From positions 363,320,001-363,384,000 of the forward strand of contig CM097882.1 in assembly GCA_044892505.1 (NCBI GenBank): a stretch of DNA of 64,000 nt, read 5' to 3'. The position numbers were made by a program, and so were the translations under genes. The notes beneath the pieces were generated by a model. It was not told where the DNA came from. It was given only the letters and a program-made list of their open reading frames with translations, and did not search any database. Below, one piece after another: positions 61,400 to 64,000 of the stretch; the stretch's first letter is position 1; each line of letters begins with the position of its first letter. Origin of the DNA: Schmidtea nova (taxonomy: Eukaryota).

Positions 61400-61783
61400 T
61401 TATACTTTTAACATAGAATTAAGCCATGCAAGGCAATATTGTCCACATGTAATTGTTAATGGATGCTGATACCGAATTTTATTATATACAATCGGTTTAC
61501 CTAATGTTTGCAGTTTACTAACTAATAAACCGGGATAATAACATCCGAAGGGATCGAATGCATATACATTGCTTGGTTTCACATATACAGCAATCCAATG
61601 TTCTCCGCCTAGAGTAGATGATTGAGTATTGACGACTATGGCTTGGTTGACATCTAAATAAGGGATTTTATCTAATGGATAGACTCCAATAAATTGATTT
61701 CCTAACAACTGTTTTCTAATTCGATTAACCTGAATAGAACTATATAAATAAATATATTTGATAAATAATAAAACTTACTCCAT
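61400..61783 (-). CDS. Adenain-like cysteine protease, intact; exons 61779-61783 and 61400-61739; 114 aa
   Basis: 39-nt intron ATGGA|GTAAGT..TAG|T; His (GEHW), Asp (FDPFG), Gln/Cys (YQH..TCGQYC). Confidence 0.92.
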
Positions 61784-61850
61784 GACAAATTGTTAATTTT
61801 AACTTGTACATTTATAATGATAGTTTAAACCAGTAATGTCTGAGCTCTGC

Positions 61851-63071
61851 TCAAACTAATACTGTCCGATTAGCAGTAATTTGAATTTCATTTTCAAAAA
61901 CTCCATATATTATTACATGTACTGGTTCTTCAATGGCTTTAGCAAACTTGATATCCAATCTCAAATTTCCATTTTGAGGTAATTGACTTTGATTTAAATC
62001 GAAATCCGGAGCCAAAACAAATGTAAAGAATGGATATTTGTTTTTAAAATCAGCAAGATTTATACCACAATTTAAATTCTTATCTAAATATCCCATATTT
62101 CTGACCATCGATTGCATATATGTAGTACAATAATTATCATTTTCGAAATCTTGAGTATATGTTTCTCGATAATCAGTGTTTTTCGATAAAGATAGAGAAG
62201 TTACATTGAAATGTTTGAATTTCGAACTTGATGCAGTATATGATCCATTGTATTGAGTTTCACTTTGAAATGCGACCAGAATAAAATTTGGCATTCTTCG
62301 ATCTCCAAATATTTGTTCCTTGTAGAAAGATGATGCACCTTTACCAATAGCAAATTGTACTATTTCTTTGGTTTTCATTGGATAAATAGCGTGTTTTGAG
62401 TTAAGTCCAACTTGATGTCCAGCTAATACAGAGGGTTCAACGCGAACGCGACGAATCATTAACTTTGCATCAACTAATTGACATTTTGGTGCACCGTTTT
62501 TTGAATAAAGTGATAGTGAAGAATCAGATCGCTTCAGTCTGATGTGAACATTGACACCTGGTAATAAATATTTCGGTTGATCCATGAAATCCAGTTGTAG
62601 AGATGAACACATTGTAAATAGCTTTGAGCCTTTGATCCACGCTTTTCTCTCGTCAGAATCTCCATATCCCATTGGAGTAAGACAAGTTTCTTTAGTATCA
62701 CCATTATAATTTAAAATAGTTTCGATTATTGCCTTGTGTGCATATGTATTGTTTCCACCTTCAATTTTGATATTATTAAAACCAAGAATCGCATCCTTGA
62801 ATAGAGTATGAAACATAAAATTGTTTGGTATAACATCATCAGTTGCAGACAAATCTTTTTTATCGGCATTTACAACTTTTATTTGAACTGTTAGTAAAGT
62901 ATCATTCAAATCCAAATATTCAGATTGAGATACGTTAATGTAAAATTCCACATCATTTCTACCGTCTGTAATAGAATTCATGGGAAATACTTCTTCAAAT
63001 GCACCATATTCAATGACTGCTTGAGGAGATGGTCGGTCGAAAAGACATAATTCAGATTTACCACAAATCAT
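61851..63071 (-). CDS. Major capsid protein (double jelly-roll), intact, 406 aa
   Basis: Polinton MCP-type motifs EFYI..YLDL.DT.L, QPKYLLPGV..HIRL, P.FILVAF, LRLDIKF; size and position between the protease and penton. Confidence 0.93.
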   Translation of the reverse strand: MICGKSELCLFDRPSPQAVIEYGAFEEVFPMNSITDGRNDVEFYINVSQSEYLDLNDTLLTVQIKVVNADKKDLSATDDVIPNNFMFHTLFKDAILGFNNIKIEGGNNTYAHKAIIETILNYNGDTKETCLTPMGYGDSDERKAWIKGSKLFTMCSSLQLDFMDQPKYLLPGVNVHIRLKRSDSSLSLYSKNGAPKCQLVDAKLMIRRVRVEPSVLAGHQVGLNSKHAIYPMKTKEIVQFAIGKGASSFYKEQIFGDRRMPNFILVAFQSETQYNGSYTASSSKFKHFNVTSLSLSKNTDYRETYTQDFENDNYCTTYMQSMVRNMGYLDKNLNCGINLADFKNKYPFFTFVLAPDFDLNQSQLPQNGNLRLDIKFAKAIEEPVHVIIYGVFENEIQITANRTVLV

Positions 63072-63460
63072 TTTGCAAATATAGTTCCATGTCCTTTCAT
63101 TCGATTGTTTATATACCTTCGATGCTTTTTACGTCTAGGCCCCACTTGTTCCGGTTCAGGTTCAGGCTCATCTTTATTAATCATACTTGCAACATTAGGA
63201 ATCATACTAGTCACAGTAGGCAGTACTTTGCCAATAGCAGACAAGGCATTTGTTTTCAATGATGGTAGTATTTTCTGATCATTCATGATCACATCTTTGG
63301 CAGTTTTCAAACCAAAACTACCTATTCGCTTTAGAATTGGGAGTGCAAATCGCCCTATAGTTTTTAACCAACCTGATCCATACTGTTTACCTGCAAAATA
63401 AGGTAATTCACCACCAGTTTGGCTATTACTATACAATGAAATTATATCTGGATTAATCAT
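63068..63460 (-). CDS. Small basic amphipathic protein (putative membrane-lytic/core), 130 aa
   Basis: QTGGE, QYGSGW, amphipathic GWLKTIGRFALPILKRIG, basic tail RRKKHRR..MKGHG. Confidence 0.78.
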   Translation of the reverse strand: MINPDIISLYSNSQTGGELPYFAGKQYGSGWLKTIGRFALPILKRIGSFGLKTAKDVIMNDQKILPSLKTNALSAIGKVLPTVTSMIPNVASMINKDEPEPEPEQVGPRRKKHRRYINNRMKGHGTIFAK

Positions 63461-64000
63461 TTAATTTACGAAAATGTAATGTCAAATGTGTTTTTGAATC
63501 TTTTGGAAAATTTATTAATTTACCATTATCGTCACGGATATTTATTTCTATATTGTTTATACATGAGGTAGAAATAGGTAAATACATTGGATTATCCATT
63601 ACTATTTGTACAACTTCATCCTGTTCATATTTGTCGATCCATACAGATTTCAGTAGAGGAACCAGAGAATCACCGACAATTATTGGTTCGATAATGTTAC
63701 TGTAAATGAACATTTGTTGATGATGATTAAATAATTTGGCTTTGCGAATTCCTTTAAATTCTCTATCTTGATATTTTTCATATTTTAATCCAAGTGTATT
63801 GATTAGTTTTTGATCAAATATAACTTCTTTAACTTCATCTTTCAGTTTAAATTTGAATACATTGTCAATAATTTCAACACCTTTAAATATATGAGTACAG
63901 AAAAATGTCAAATAATTATATAAATCTTCAACTTTTGTCATGTATATTTCGTCTTGGAATTCATAAAGTAAATCTGTTTCTAAATCATAACTTATTGATA
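63453..64000 (-). CDS. Minor capsid (penton) protein, 5'-partial
   Basis: Frame is open to the window edge; FIYSNII..IVGDS..PLL..MYLPI..IEINIRDDNG..TLHFRK. Confidence 0.9.
   Translation of the reverse strand, partial: SISYDLETDLLYEFQDEIYMTKVEDLYNYLTFFCTHIFKGVEIIDNVFKFKLKDEVKEVIFDQKLINTLGLKYEKYQDREFKGIRKAKLFNHHQQMFIYSNIIEPIIVGDSLVPLLKSVWIDKYEQDEVVQIVMDNPMYLPISTSCINNIEINIRDDNGKLINFPKDSKTHLTLHFRKLND

Larger units (their letters stand above)
53379..64000 (-). mobile_element. Maverick/Polinton copy C, apparently intact, continuing beyond the window
   Basis: Uninterrupted pPolB, protease, MCP, lytic-like and penton ORFs; subterminal block at 53510-53680; left end inferred from AGTAGGCAGTTAT. Confidence 0.9.

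Noticed and set aside
1-64000. tRNA or rRNA genes
   Set aside because: No cloverleaf, A/B-box or rRNA-like GC-rich conserved segment was recognised

Overview
Very AT-rich eukaryotic (most likely invertebrate animal) genomic scaffold with several N gaps; the species cannot be identified from this window. Left half (1-33 kb): a six-exon, minus-strand cytosolic malate dehydrogenase (MDH1)-like host gene spans 4924-29829. It gives an uninterrupted 339-aa spliced ORF, but several NAD- and substrate-binding residues are replaced. Its introns and flanks are filled with mariner, Tc1, Merlin, hAT-MITE, Gypsy and Penelope-like debris, an actin pseudogene and old Maverick fragments. Right half (33-64 kb): a cluster of Maverick/Polinton virus-like elements with three diverged protein-primed DNA polymerase B (pPolB) copies. 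Copy A (about 33.3-44.5 kb) is decayed but has the full gene set, copy B (45.4-49.7 kb) is a decayed pPolB with adjacent plus-strand genes, and copy C (53.4 kb to the window edge) looks essentially intact. Main observations: (i) the Maverick genes carry short 38-53 nt GT-AG introns (integrase, protease, others); (ii) copies A and C each have a hidden four-exon, all-phase-1, Asn-rich micro-exon unit that appears able to splice in frame onto pPolB; (iii) Maelstrom/DEDD-like and putative SSB-like accessory genes; (iv) a shared CCAAT+TATA promoter motif; (v) a 151-bp palindrome with a minimal hammerhead-ribozyme-like motif on each strand. All family assignments come from motif recognition by eye; no database searches were run, so novelty is unverified.
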